A stretch of DNA of 64,000 nucleotides from an uncultured Oscillospiraceae bacterium (GTDB taxonomy: Bacteria > Bacillota > Clostridia > Saccharofermentanales > Fastidiosipilaceae), in NCBI GenBank assembly GCA_964574395.1, contig CAZNNL010000002.1, positions 2,650 to 66,649 on the forward strand. The letters are read 5' to 3'. The position numbers were made by a program, and so were the translations under genes. Below, one piece after another: positions 1-8,872 of the stretch. Every line of letters starts with the position of its first letter. Positions within the stretch are counted from its first letter, which is position 1. The notes under the pieces are model-generated. The model worked only from the letters and a program-made list of their open reading frames with translations, was not told where the DNA came from and did no database searches.

Positions 1-2
1 TG

Positions 3-449
3 GTAAAAGATTTACCCACTAGCTTTTTTGAAATAGGTGAAGGGGCGAGACATATCTCGGTATATTTGCCGCGCGAAAACCTAACTATTGCTGACTGTAT
101 TGTTCGCTCAATAAGCGAAGCGAGTGAAGGCACCATATTAAGCGTGACTACAAGTTCTCAAGTAGAAAACCTTATCGATAGGCGTATTATCGAAGGACGC
201 ATCATCGTTGATTCAACTTATGGTTATAAGGTTCCCAATGCTGTGCTCCTAAATTACAGACCTTCAACGAGACGAGCTCAACTGATGATTGTTAGTCAAG
301 GCGTTACGAAGCTTGTAGAAGTAAATGTTAGTGCTCAAAACGATCGGTTCTCGGTTGTCCAGGATTTGGAAGGCAATACATTTTTGTCAGAAGGAACCAT
401 TTATGTCGAAAACCCACAAGATGTGAAAGAGGGACATCCAATTGATTGA
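3..449 (+). CDS. C-terminal part of a protein whose start lies left of the window; function unknown
   Basis: The frame is open from base 3 with no stop until TGA 447-449. The ORF-track entry 66..449 simply begins at the first TTG. The stop overlaps the start of the next gene. I recognise no diagnostic motif. Confidence 0.45.
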   Translation, partial: VKDLPTSFFEIGEGARHISVYLPRENLTIADCIVRSISEASEGTILSVTTSSQVENLIDRRIIEGRIIVDSTYGYKVPNAVLLNYRPSTRRAQLMIVSQGVTKLVEVNVSAQNDRFSVVQDLEGNTFLSEGTIYVENPQDVKEGHPID

Positions 450-1161
450 TTTAGCAGAGATGCGCCAACGAGCGGAGATACTAAATGAAAAAATTGCCTT
501 AGCTAAGGAGAGGTACAAAGGCGCTAAAATCGGTGACGGAACTGTTGAGATAATCGCTGTAAGCAAATTTCATCCGGTTGAAGCGATTCAAGCAGCGCAA
601 TCGTTAGGCTTTACACTTTTCGGGGAAAACAGAGTTCAAGAACTTAGTGAGAAATTAGCTGATTCAAGACTAGAGAACTATAGTTTTGATTTGATTGGCA
701 CACTACAAACAAATAAAGTTAAAAATGTTGTTGGGCATGTACGCTTAATTCACTCTCTAGATAGGGATAGTTTATTGAAAGCGATACAGAAGCGCGCTGC
801 GCAACTTTCTATAGAGCAAGACGTATTATTGCAAGTTAATTATTCGGAAGAAGACAGCAAACATGGTGTTAACGACACTCAAGTAAAGGAATTCTTAGAA
901 AAAATTGCTCGCTGTACAAATATAAACTTACGTGGACTGATGACAATGGCTGCTCCTGGACTTAACGAAGCTGAGCAAGACAAGTTTTTTAAAGCGTTTA
1001 GAGAGCTATTTGATGAGACGAAAGAATCCTTGCCTGCACAGATTAATCAAAAGCGATTCAACATACTATCCATGGGCATGTCTGAAGACTTTGAAGCAGC
1101 TTTAGCAGCTGGAAGTAATTGTATACGTATAGGACGAGCAATATTCGGCGAGAGGATTTAG
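442..1161 (+). CDS. yggS: YggS/YlmE family pyridoxal-phosphate-binding protein
   Basis: Family motifs are present: AVSKF, GENRVQE, IGTLQTNKVK, HSLDR, LRGLMTMA, SMGMSEDFEAA. SD-like AAGAGGGA lies 7 nt before TTG 442. Its position before sepF is typical of the dcw cluster tail. Confidence 0.85.
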   Translation: MIDLAEMRQRAEILNEKIALAKERYKGAKIGDGTVEIIAVSKFHPVEAIQAAQSLGFTLFGENRVQELSEKLADSRLENYSFDLIGTLQTNKVKNVVGHVRLIHSLDRDSLLKAIQKRAAQLSIEQDVLLQVNYSEEDSKHGVNDTQVKEFLEKIARCTNINLRGLMTMAAPGLNEAEQDKFFKAFRELFDETKESLPAQINQKRFNILSMGMSEDFEAALAAGSNCIRIGRAIFGERI

Positions 1162-1258
1162 CCCCTAATAACGATTCTTAATGCCATCACAATTGTTTCT
1201 ACAACACGTCAGTAGTTTACAATGTCATTACAACGCGATTAAACCGTCACTTTATGCC

Positions 1259-1286
1259 TTGCGTCAATTTTCCAATGCCTTATAAT
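1259..1286 (+). promoter_or_regulatory. candidate sigma-A promoter for sepF
   Basis: TTGCGT (1259-1264), a 16-nt spacer, then TATAAT (1281-1286), about 40 nt upstream of the sepF start. Confidence 0.35.
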
Positions 1287-1325
1287 TTGCCTAAAGATAA
1301 ACGCTTATGGCGGAGGTAGAAAGTA

Positions 1326-1799
1326 ATGGCAGATTTTTTTAATAAACTCTTTTCCAAGTTCACAAATTATGATGAGGACGATTATGCATACGAAGACGAT
1401 GTCATAGTTGATGAGCCTACTAAAGATGAAATCAACTTTCAGTCCATTTCCGCTTCTCATGAACAAGAGCCTGCTCGTGGCCCACAGCGGGTTGTTGGCT
1501 TTAGACCAAGCAGTAATCAGCAAGTTATCATTGTAGCGCCAACGCAAATTGATGCAGCTCAAGAAATTTGCAATCATATACAAACTGGTAGAACAGTCAT
1601 TTGTAACTTTGAGAAGTGCGATAGTGCTTCACCACAACGTATTTTAGACTTTATAAATGGGGCAGCCTATGCATTGGGTGGAAGCGTTAAACGTGTTTCT
1701 AGCCATATCTTCTTAGTTATTCCTCAAAATGTAGCTCTGATTAATGAGAGTGATAACACCGATGCTAACTTAAGCTTCTTACGCCAAGCTGCACGTTAA
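1326..1799 (+). CDS. sepF: cell division protein SepF
   Basis: The N-terminus MADFFNKL, an acidic linker and the conserved C-terminal domain (VIIVAPTQIDAAQEICNHIQTGRTVICNF ... AAYALGGSVKRVSSHIFLVIP) match SepF. SD GGAGGT lies upstream. Confidence 0.9.
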   Translation: MADFFNKLFSKFTNYDEDDYAYEDDVIVDEPTKDEINFQSISASHEQEPARGPQRVVGFRPSSNQQVIIVAPTQIDAAQEICNHIQTGRTVICNFEKCDSASPQRILDFINGAAYALGGSVKRVSSHIFLVIPQNVALINESDNTDANLSFLRQAAR

Positions 1800-1852
1800 T
1801 CACGCGTTATTCGAAGAAATATAAGTAAATAAAGCCATCATGTCTCCTAAAG

Positions 1853-1881
1853 GGACCGCAGAAACTGCGGTCCTATTTTTG
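1853..1881 (+). terminator. intrinsic terminator after sepF
   Basis: GGACCGCAG-AAA-CTGCGGTCC hairpin followed by TATTTTT. Confidence 0.7.
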
Positions 1882-2050
1882 TGCTGATGTCTTGATGAAT
1901 GTGACATTAAGGTTACAATGATGTTACGACAGGATGTTGTAAAAATTACATGAATATGTTGTAAAAATAGCATTTATTTATTTTCTTGCTATTAGTATCT
2001 GAAAACAATAGAATTTAGGTAATTAAATTTGATAGATTGGAGCATTATTT

Positions 2051-2527
2051 ATGGCTCTCAAAGCAAAATCTTCTGCTGATTCGGTTACTGAACAGACATA
2101 TCTCATCATGCATAAACATATAAATGGTTTCGGCCGTCTTTTTGGCGGGCAACTCATGCAATGGATAGACGAGTTAGCAGGTATAGTAGCTAGGCGCTAT
2201 ACGCAATCGACTGTCATAACAGCAGCAGTTGATAATTTGCAGTTTAGAAAACCCGTTTGTTTGAACGATATTTTAGTTTTAGTTGGGCGCGTTACTTATG
2301 TTGGTTACAGTTCGATGGAAGTTAGGGTAGATTCCTATGTTGAAAGTGTAAATGGTACGCGCAGCCTTATTAATAGAGCTTTTTTAGTGATGGTTTCTAT
2401 TGACGAAGAGAATAATCCGAAAGAAGTTCCGCCATTACTAATAGAAAATGAAATTCAAGAAGCTGAATGGCAAAGTGGTAAGAAGAGAAATGAACTGAGT
2501 AAAATGAGGAGAAAGGAAGGGTATTAA
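2051..2527 (+). CDS. acyl-CoA thioesterase (hotdog fold, YciA/BFIT-like)
   Basis: HINGFGRLFGGQLMQWIDELAGIVARRYT ... VTAAVDNLQFRKPV is typical of hotdog acyl-CoA thioesterases. Confidence 0.8.
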   Translation: MALKAKSSADSVTEQTYLIMHKHINGFGRLFGGQLMQWIDELAGIVARRYTQSTVITAAVDNLQFRKPVCLNDILVLVGRVTYVGYSSMEVRVDSYVESVNGTRSLINRAFLVMVSIDEENNPKEVPPLLIENEIQEAEWQSGKKRNELSKMRRKEGY

Positions 2528-2577
2528 AAATTCGTAAGTTAAGTATACGTCTGTTAGCCATTCTTTTCAGTTTATGT

Positions 2578-3282
2578 ATGTTGCTTGGCATGCTCCTCAC
2601 TGCTGTTGACTGGGCTTCTTTTTCGAGACCTTTTTATGCGAATAGTTACCGCGCGCTTAACACCGCGGAACACATTGCAATCTCGCAAGAGGATCTCGAT
2701 GCTGCCACAGAGCAACTACTAGATTATATACAGGCTAAAACGCCAGCACTTGATATTGAGGTTACCCTAATTCTTACTGGTGAAGCAGAAAAAGTAAAAA
2801 TGTTTAACCAAAGAGAAGTAGACCATATGGTTGATGTTAGAGATTTATATCTTTTAGCCATGCTGGTGCGAAATGTTCTGTTTTTTGTTGCGGCTGTATG
2901 TGTATTTGCATTGCTGCTCATTTTTAGAAAGAACCGTACAAAGGAAGATTTTAAGAGCTTAAAGCAAGGATTATTGCTTGCTCTACTTGTCTTTTTGGGC
3001 ATACTACTTGCAATCGGCGCATATGCTGCACTTGACTTCAATGCTTTTTGGACACGCTTTCACCTTTTATTTTTCAGCAATGACCTGTGGATACTGAATC
3101 CTTTGACCGATAGACTCATTATGATGGTGCCTTCGCCATTCTTTTCTGCATTGGTGAAGAAGATAATACTGACCGCATTGCTTGCACTAATTGTTTACAA
3201 TGTTTTAGCCTTCAGCTTGAGCTTTTTACTTGAGAAATATTCATTGAAAAGGACTAACAAAGAAAGGGAAATGGTTAACTGA
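2578..3282 (+). CDS. TIGR01906-family integral membrane protein (Lit-like)
   Basis: Multi-TM protein with the FNQREVDHMVDVRDL signature of TIGR01906. Coordinates follow the first ATG. The frame is open back to 2503, and an ATT at 2530 behind a GGAGAAAGGAAGG SD would restore a complete N-terminal TM helix (see findings). Confidence 0.7.
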   Translation: MLLGMLLTAVDWASFSRPFYANSYRALNTAEHIAISQEDLDAATEQLLDYIQAKTPALDIEVTLILTGEAEKVKMFNQREVDHMVDVRDLYLLAMLVRNVLFFVAAVCVFALLLIFRKNRTKEDFKSLKQGLLLALLVFLGILLAIGAYAALDFNAFWTRFHLLFFSNDLWILNPLTDRLIMMVPSPFFSALVKKIILTALLALIVYNVLAFSLSFLLEKYSLKRTNKEREMVN

Positions 3283-3959
3283 TGTTTTGTATTTTTGATT
3301 TAGATGGAACCTTATTAGATACACTTTCAGACCTCGCTAATGCCCATAATATGGCATTAAGTAAGCGAGGATTAATGCCCATTGATACAAATCGTTATCG
3401 TTTTTTAGTAGGCAAAGGTTTGAGAAATCTATGCCATCAGACGCTAAGCATACAAGATGAGCAGTACCCCAATCTACCGGAAGAACAGCAAACATTAGCA
3501 TTAGAGGAGCACTTACATAGTTTTCAACAAATTTATCAGGAGCATCTGATGGATGAAACCGTGCCCTATGCTGGAATCTACGCATTACTTGATTCACTCA
3601 AGGAAAATAAGATAGATATTGCTGTTCTATCTAATAAGGCCGATGCCTTAACTAAAAAGTTGATCACACATTTTTTCCCAAACAACACATTTCTCTTTAT
3701 TGAAGGAATGAACGCAGATTGGCCGCGCAAACCTGATGCAGCATTCGTGCTTGAATTATGCTCTAAATACGCTAAATCACCCACAGAAACGTATTTCATA
3801 GGAGATACCTCAACAGATATGCAAACCGCCGTAAACGCAGGATTTAGGCCAATAGGGGTAAGTTGGGGCTTTCGCAGTCGCGAAGAGTTATTAGAGCACG
3901 GGGCTGCTGAGGTTTTTGATACAGCTGAAGAGTTATCCCGATATTTGGTAAACAGGTAA
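3282..3959 (+). CDS. HAD-family hydrolase (phosphoglycolate phosphatase-like)
   Basis: Has the DLDGTLLDT motif I and a distal GDTSTDMQTA motif. The ATG overlaps the previous stop (TGATG). Confidence 0.8.
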   Translation: MFCIFDLDGTLLDTLSDLANAHNMALSKRGLMPIDTNRYRFLVGKGLRNLCHQTLSIQDEQYPNLPEEQQTLALEEHLHSFQQIYQEHLMDETVPYAGIYALLDSLKENKIDIAVLSNKADALTKKLITHFFPNNTFLFIEGMNADWPRKPDAAFVLELCSKYAKSPTETYFIGDTSTDMQTAVNAGFRPIGVSWGFRSREELLEHGAAEVFDTAEELSRYLVNR

Positions 3960-3966
3960 AGACAAG

Positions 3967-5097
3967 ATGCAAGACCTTGCCCCTATCGTATCAAAAGCAG
4001 AAACAAAGGCGAAAATGCCCCTCCGAACACTACGTTTGCAGCTTGTTTGGCTTATTCCCCTGATATTTTATCTCTTGCAAATCTTTCTAATAAAAAACGA
4101 ACGCTGGGGTGATTTTTATGCTAGGCATGTTTTTCCTCTACTAAGTGCGCCTCTAAGAGTGGTGATTTCTTGGATTCCAATCTCATTTCTGTTTCTAACT
4201 GCGGTATTTGTTTTGCCAAGCTGTGTAATATTTTTGTTTTATAAATTATGGAAAATCCTACGAAACAAGACAGGGCGAGCAATTATGCTTAAACGCCTAG
4301 CGTATCGTGTCTTAACTGTGCTGGCGATTCTATATGTCGTCTATATGCTTATGCACGGCTTTAATTTTGCTAGAAGACCAATAGCTGATATCTTGGCTTT
4401 GGAGACCAAACCTCGCACAGTAGAGGAACTATATGACGTGACCCTCAAGTTGGCAGAATTGGCGAATTTTGAAAAAAGCAATCTGCCGCATGACGATGAG
4501 CGCAAGCTCCTGCTAACTGATTCGCGTAATGCATATTTAAGTAAGGCTGCAATAGCGTTGCCAGGAATTTATCCATCCACCTTTGTTCGCCCAAAAGCGG
4601 TACCATTATCTGAGTATTGGTCATACACGAATATTACTGGCATGTATTTTCCGTTTTTTATAGAAGCGAATGTCAACGCTGACACCACATCAGATGAGTT
4701 CTTGTTTTCGGCATTGCATGAAATTGCCCATGTTCAGGGGTTTGCCAAAGAAGATGAGGCTAATTTCATGGGTTTCTATTCTGGTAGTAGACACCCACTG
4801 GCCGAGTACCGCTATGCGGCGTATTTGAATGCCTTCATCCACTGTTACAATCGTTTGGCCGATACTTCTCCAGAGTTTGCCTCAGTTGCTTGGCAAAAAC
4901 TAAGCCCCCATACCCAAGCCGACATTAGAGCGCGCAATTTATATTGGGATAAGTTTAAGGGACCAATCGAGGAGCTAAGCACAAATATCAATGATTCTTT
5001 CCTGAAAGCAAATTTTCAAGAAGCAGGAGTAGAAAGTTACGGAATGGTAGTGGACTTACTTTTGGCTTATTACGACAAGGAGCTTACGATTGATTAA
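3967..5097 (+). CDS. DUF3810-family membrane protein with HExxH metalloprotease-like motif
   Basis: N-terminal TM helices plus ALHEIAHVQGF (HExxH). Size and layout fit DUF3810. Confidence 0.7.
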   Translation: MQDLAPIVSKAETKAKMPLRTLRLQLVWLIPLIFYLLQIFLIKNERWGDFYARHVFPLLSAPLRVVISWIPISFLFLTAVFVLPSCVIFLFYKLWKILRNKTGRAIMLKRLAYRVLTVLAILYVVYMLMHGFNFARRPIADILALETKPRTVEELYDVTLKLAELANFEKSNLPHDDERKLLLTDSRNAYLSKAAIALPGIYPSTFVRPKAVPLSEYWSYTNITGMYFPFFIEANVNADTTSDEFLFSALHEIAHVQGFAKEDEANFMGFYSGSRHPLAEYRYAAYLNAFIHCYNRLADTSPEFASVAWQKLSPHTQADIRARNLYWDKFKGPIEELSTNINDSFLKANFQEAGVESYGMVVDLLLAYYDKELTID

Positions 5098-6655
5098 AGT
5101 AATTCTTCTGCTTGCTGCTCAGCAGCGCTTCCCAGTTGACGGTATTAGAGATATCATGCGCTTATTTTACGGTGTTGCCAAATTTATACAGCTGTCCGAT
5201 ACAGAATTGCACTATGAGGTAGAGGAGAAGTACACCCTAGCATGCGGACAAATTGAAAATATGGCGTTTAGCGTGTGTTTGCCCAAAGAACATGTAGCCA
5301 CAAAAGACATATTAAACCTCTTTAATGAGCACCAACAAGAACTGGAAAGTAAAGGCCAAATCATCTCTCTTGACCAGAATGAAACGCCAAAAGTCGCTGC
5401 ACGTAAAATTAAGCGAAGCTTTTACAATTGTCTTTCCAATATCACTGGCAAAAAGTTCCCCTGGGGCTCACTGACCGGCATTCGTCCAACCTATGTTGCC
5501 AATGAGTACTTGACGCAAGCTTGGACAAGAGAAGAAACAATAAGACTGCTTGAATCTGAGTATCGTGTGCATCCAGACAAAGCCACCTTAGCAGTCGCTG
5601 TCGCCTTAGCTGAGCAAAATATTATTTACGCACAGAATAAAAATGGTGTGCATATTTACATACATGTGCCCTATTGCAGGACGCGTTGTTCCTATTGCTC
5701 TTTTACCAATACGGACTCGATTAACCCAAGTGCTCAGGAGCTCGATGCCTATCACAGGGCTTTGTTATTTGAAATGCACGAGACATTATCTAAATTGACT
5801 ATGTCTGTAAACAGCATTTATATTGGCGGCGGAACACCGAGTATCTTTAGTGCAGAGCAATTAGATGAATTGTTGAATTGCTTGAATAGCTATGTGCCAC
5901 TGGAAAAAGTGAAGGAAATCAGCTTTGAGGCTGGCAGAAGCGATAGCGTGGATCAAGAAAAACTAGAACTATTATTTGGCTGGGGTATAACGCGCATTTG
6001 TGTTAACCCTCAAACTATGAGAAATACTACACTAGACCGAATTGGTAGACCGACTACAAGCGAAGACGATAAAGCCACTTTTCTTATGGCAAGAACTGTT
6101 GGGTTTGAAAATATAAATATGGATTTAATCGCCGGTTTAAGTGGTGAAAGTGTTGAGGATTTTTCATATAGTCTTGATGAAGTGCTTAAGTTAGGGCCTG
6201 AAAGTATTACGGTTCACGCTTTGGCGCGCAAGCGTAAATCTGATTTAGACATGCTTATTAATCAGTACACGAATAAAGACGACGCATGTAGACGAGAAGA
6301 TGCACGACTCTTGAAAGAAGCACTCGGCCAAGCCAATGCTGAGGTAGAAAAAATGCTAGGTTTGGCCAGAAAGAAACTGGAAGCTGAGGCATACTTGCCC
6401 TATTATCTCTACCGTCAAAAAGACGGTGTTGGCGGACTTGAAAATGTTGGATATGCTAAAGAAGGTTTTGCCTGTATTTATAACGTCTGTATGATGAATG
6501 ATGTCCAGTCTGTTATAGCTTTCGGTGCTGGAGCTATATCAAAGAAGGTGAGTGAGCTGAGAACACTCCGCTGTCCAAACGTAAACTCTGTTAATGACTA
6601 TTGTTCCAAAGCAAGCCAAATGGTTGAACGAAAGCTGGATTTTTTCCAATTGTAG
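5090..6655 (+). CDS. hemZ: HemZ-like radical SAM coproporphyrinogen dehydrogenase family protein
   Basis: CRTRCSYCSF (CxxxCxxC) radical SAM cluster motif, then IYIGGGTPS, and a HemN-like C-terminus. AAGGAG lies 7 nt before TTG 5090. Confidence 0.8.
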   Translation: MIKVILLLAAQQRFPVDGIRDIMRLFYGVAKFIQLSDTELHYEVEEKYTLACGQIENMAFSVCLPKEHVATKDILNLFNEHQQELESKGQIISLDQNETPKVAARKIKRSFYNCLSNITGKKFPWGSLTGIRPTYVANEYLTQAWTREETIRLLESEYRVHPDKATLAVAVALAEQNIIYAQNKNGVHIYIHVPYCRTRCSYCSFTNTDSINPSAQELDAYHRALLFEMHETLSKLTMSVNSIYIGGGTPSIFSAEQLDELLNCLNSYVPLEKVKEISFEAGRSDSVDQEKLELLFGWGITRICVNPQTMRNTTLDRIGRPTTSEDDKATFLMARTVGFENINMDLIAGLSGESVEDFSYSLDEVLKLGPESITVHALARKRKSDLDMLINQYTNKDDACRREDARLLKEALGQANAEVEKMLGLARKKLEAEAYLPYYLYRQKDGVGGLENVGYAKEGFACIYNVCMMNDVQSVIAFGAGAISKKVSELRTLRCPNVNSVNDYCSKASQMVERKLDFFQL

Positions 6656-6759
6656 AACTGAATTAGATTAAAGTTCTGCAAAGTGCCCATATTTGCTTGA
6701 GCAATTTTCGACTTCTCGTTAAAATGAAAACACATCGATTATGAAAAGAGTGTATTAGC

Positions 6760-7305
6760 GTGCCCAAAAACAGTTCAACTGAGTCAGGTGCAGCTCGGGT
6801 CAACTATATCCTAATTGGCATGCCGGCTTCCGGAAAGTCCAGCCTAGGTAGAAGACTCGCCAAGCAACTGAATCTACGTTTTATAGATACAGATAATTTA
6901 TTGCAGACTGAAACCGGACATGGTCCGAGTGGATTAAACGCCGCAATGAGTTTTGAAGAATTTATTCGAACGGAAGAACAAACTGTTCTTAAACTAGAGG
7001 GTAAAGGCATGGTCATTGCGACCGGGGGCTCTGTGGTATATGGAAAAAAGGCCATGCAGCATCTTAAGCAACTAGGAACTGTTATTTACCTTGAGGATTC
7101 ACTATATAAAATCAGGCAACGTGTGGGGGGGTTAGCGGAACGCGGTGTTATTTTAAGGCCAGGCCAAAGTTTCGAAAGTTTGTACCATGAACGCACACGA
7201 CTCTACCGCCGATACGCAGATGTGATATTTAATAATCGAAGACTAAATCCTAACCAAGCCGCTAAACTGCTAGGAAATCTTTTGCATTTTATTGATCAAG
7301 GCTAG
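6760..7305 (+). CDS. aroK: shikimate kinase-like P-loop kinase
   Basis: ILIGMPASGKSSLGRRLAKQLNLRFIDTDNLL and IATGGSVV resemble AroK. It starts with GTG. Confidence 0.55.
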   Translation: MPKNSSTESGAARVNYILIGMPASGKSSLGRRLAKQLNLRFIDTDNLLQTETGHGPSGLNAAMSFEEFIRTEEQTVLKLEGKGMVIATGGSVVYGKKAMQHLKQLGTVIYLEDSLYKIRQRVGGLAERGVILRPGQSFESLYHERTRLYRRYADVIFNNRRLNPNQAAKLLGNLLHFIDQG

Positions 7306-7332
7306 CATTATCTTAAGGAGTTGACGCATCGT

Positions 7333-8871
7333 ATGGCAAAACTAAACTATTTCGCAGTAATAGACGTGGGTTCAAATGAACTACAATTGAAAATTGCTGA
7401 ATATGGCACAGGTACAGGCGGTCGTCTTAAAGTTGTAGAACGCTTGCGCGGTGCGTTAGCACTAGGTGAAGATACATACGAAACTGGTACGATCAGTGAT
7501 GCTTACATCAGAAGAACCATAGAGATATTAAGTGGTTTTAAATTAAAACTTTCTGAATACGGCATTGCTTCTTGCCGCGTTGTTGGGACCTCCGCGGTGC
7601 GCGAAGCAAACAATCGAGACTATGTATTGAATCGTGTCTCTCAAGCAACAGGTTTCCATATCGAAATTTTAGATCATCCCATGGAGAGTGCATGGCGCTT
7701 AATAGCCATGCTAGAGAGCCTAAAAGACTTTCCAGAACTAGATGACAAGAACCTTCAAGTTATCGACATAGGAGCAGGTTCTGTACATTTAAGTTATTTT
7801 TCTAAAGGACGGCTTGTTTATAGCCAGAGCGCTTTATTAGGAGCTCTGCGCATGGTCGGCATCTTGGAGCAGCTTCATTTGGCTGCCATAAAACCTCTTG
7901 ATGCTTTCGAATTGTTTTTAGATGTTGAATTGAAAGAAATCAAAGACAGCCAAGAGAGTGCCAAGCAAGCAGATGGTTTAATTGTGATAGGTAGTGAGAC
8001 ACAATATTTGAAGCGCATGGCGAATCTAAAACGAACGGATTCGTATATGAGCCCTGAAGCTTTCGAAGACGTATTCACGCAACTTAAGCAATTAAAAGCA
8101 AGAGATCTAACGCTTAAATACGGGATACCTCCTGAAAGCTGCGATCAAATGTTGCCGGCGGCAGCTATCGTCAAGAAGTACTTAAATTTTCTTGGAGCTA
8201 AAACGCTCTATTTACCTAATGCTGATCTTTGTCGCGGACTCTTGTATGAACATATTTCTCGTAACCTACGCTACAAATTAGTCAAAACGGTTGAAGAGAT
8301 TGTTCTTTCACAAGCCGCTGAACTTGCACTTCGCTTCGACGTTGATCTAGAGCATGCAACACGTGTTGAGAAAAACGCTTGCATGATTTTCGACAGTATT
8401 AAAAAAGCGTTTGGGCTAACGGCAAGGCAAAAACTATATTTGCAGATTGTCTCACGCTTAATGCACGTGGGTGGATTTATCCGACATCCTAGACATGGCA
8501 GCATGTCGTATAGCATTATTAAGGACTTGGAACTTTTGGGGATTACCCAAAAAGAACGCCAACGTATGGCGCGCATGGCTGAATTCACCAATGAAGTCTA
8601 CAGTCCTAGGCGTAGTGATATGTTGGAATTACCGGGTGAGCTTAGGCAAGAAATCATCTGTTTGGTGGCTATTTTAAGAATTGCCGAAAGCTTAGATAGT
8701 TCTAAACAAGGACATCTTGAATTAACACGTTGCCGGATTAAAAACGATATACTTCAAATTTATTATAAGGAACTAGCCGAGACCCAGTTGGAGCAGTTCT
8801 TTTTGCCACAAAGAAGCCAATTGTTCCAAGAAGTTTTTGGACTTCAATTGCAGTTGGTAAAGGAGAAATGA
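7333..8871 (+). CDS. ppx: Ppx/GppA-family exopolyphosphatase
   Basis: VIDVGSNELQLKI and VGTSAVREA actin-like ATPase motifs plus a C-terminal HD-like domain. The ORF track starts at TTG 7321, which abuts the AAGGAG SD, so I prefer ATG 7333. Confidence 0.85.
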   Translation: MAKLNYFAVIDVGSNELQLKIAEYGTGTGGRLKVVERLRGALALGEDTYETGTISDAYIRRTIEILSGFKLKLSEYGIASCRVVGTSAVREANNRDYVLNRVSQATGFHIEILDHPMESAWRLIAMLESLKDFPELDDKNLQVIDIGAGSVHLSYFSKGRLVYSQSALLGALRMVGILEQLHLAAIKPLDAFELFLDVELKEIKDSQESAKQADGLIVIGSETQYLKRMANLKRTDSYMSPEAFEDVFTQLKQLKARDLTLKYGIPPESCDQMLPAAAIVKKYLNFLGAKTLYLPNADLCRGLLYEHISRNLRYKLVKTVEEIVLSQAAELALRFDVDLEHATRVEKNACMIFDSIKKAFGLTARQKLYLQIVSRLMHVGGFIRHPRHGSMSYSIIKDLELLGITQKERQRMARMAEFTNEVYSPRRSDMLELPGELRQEIICLVAILRIAESLDSSKQGHLELTRCRIKNDILQIYYKELAETQLEQFFLPQRSQLFQEVFGLQLQLVKEK

Positions 8872-8872
8872 T

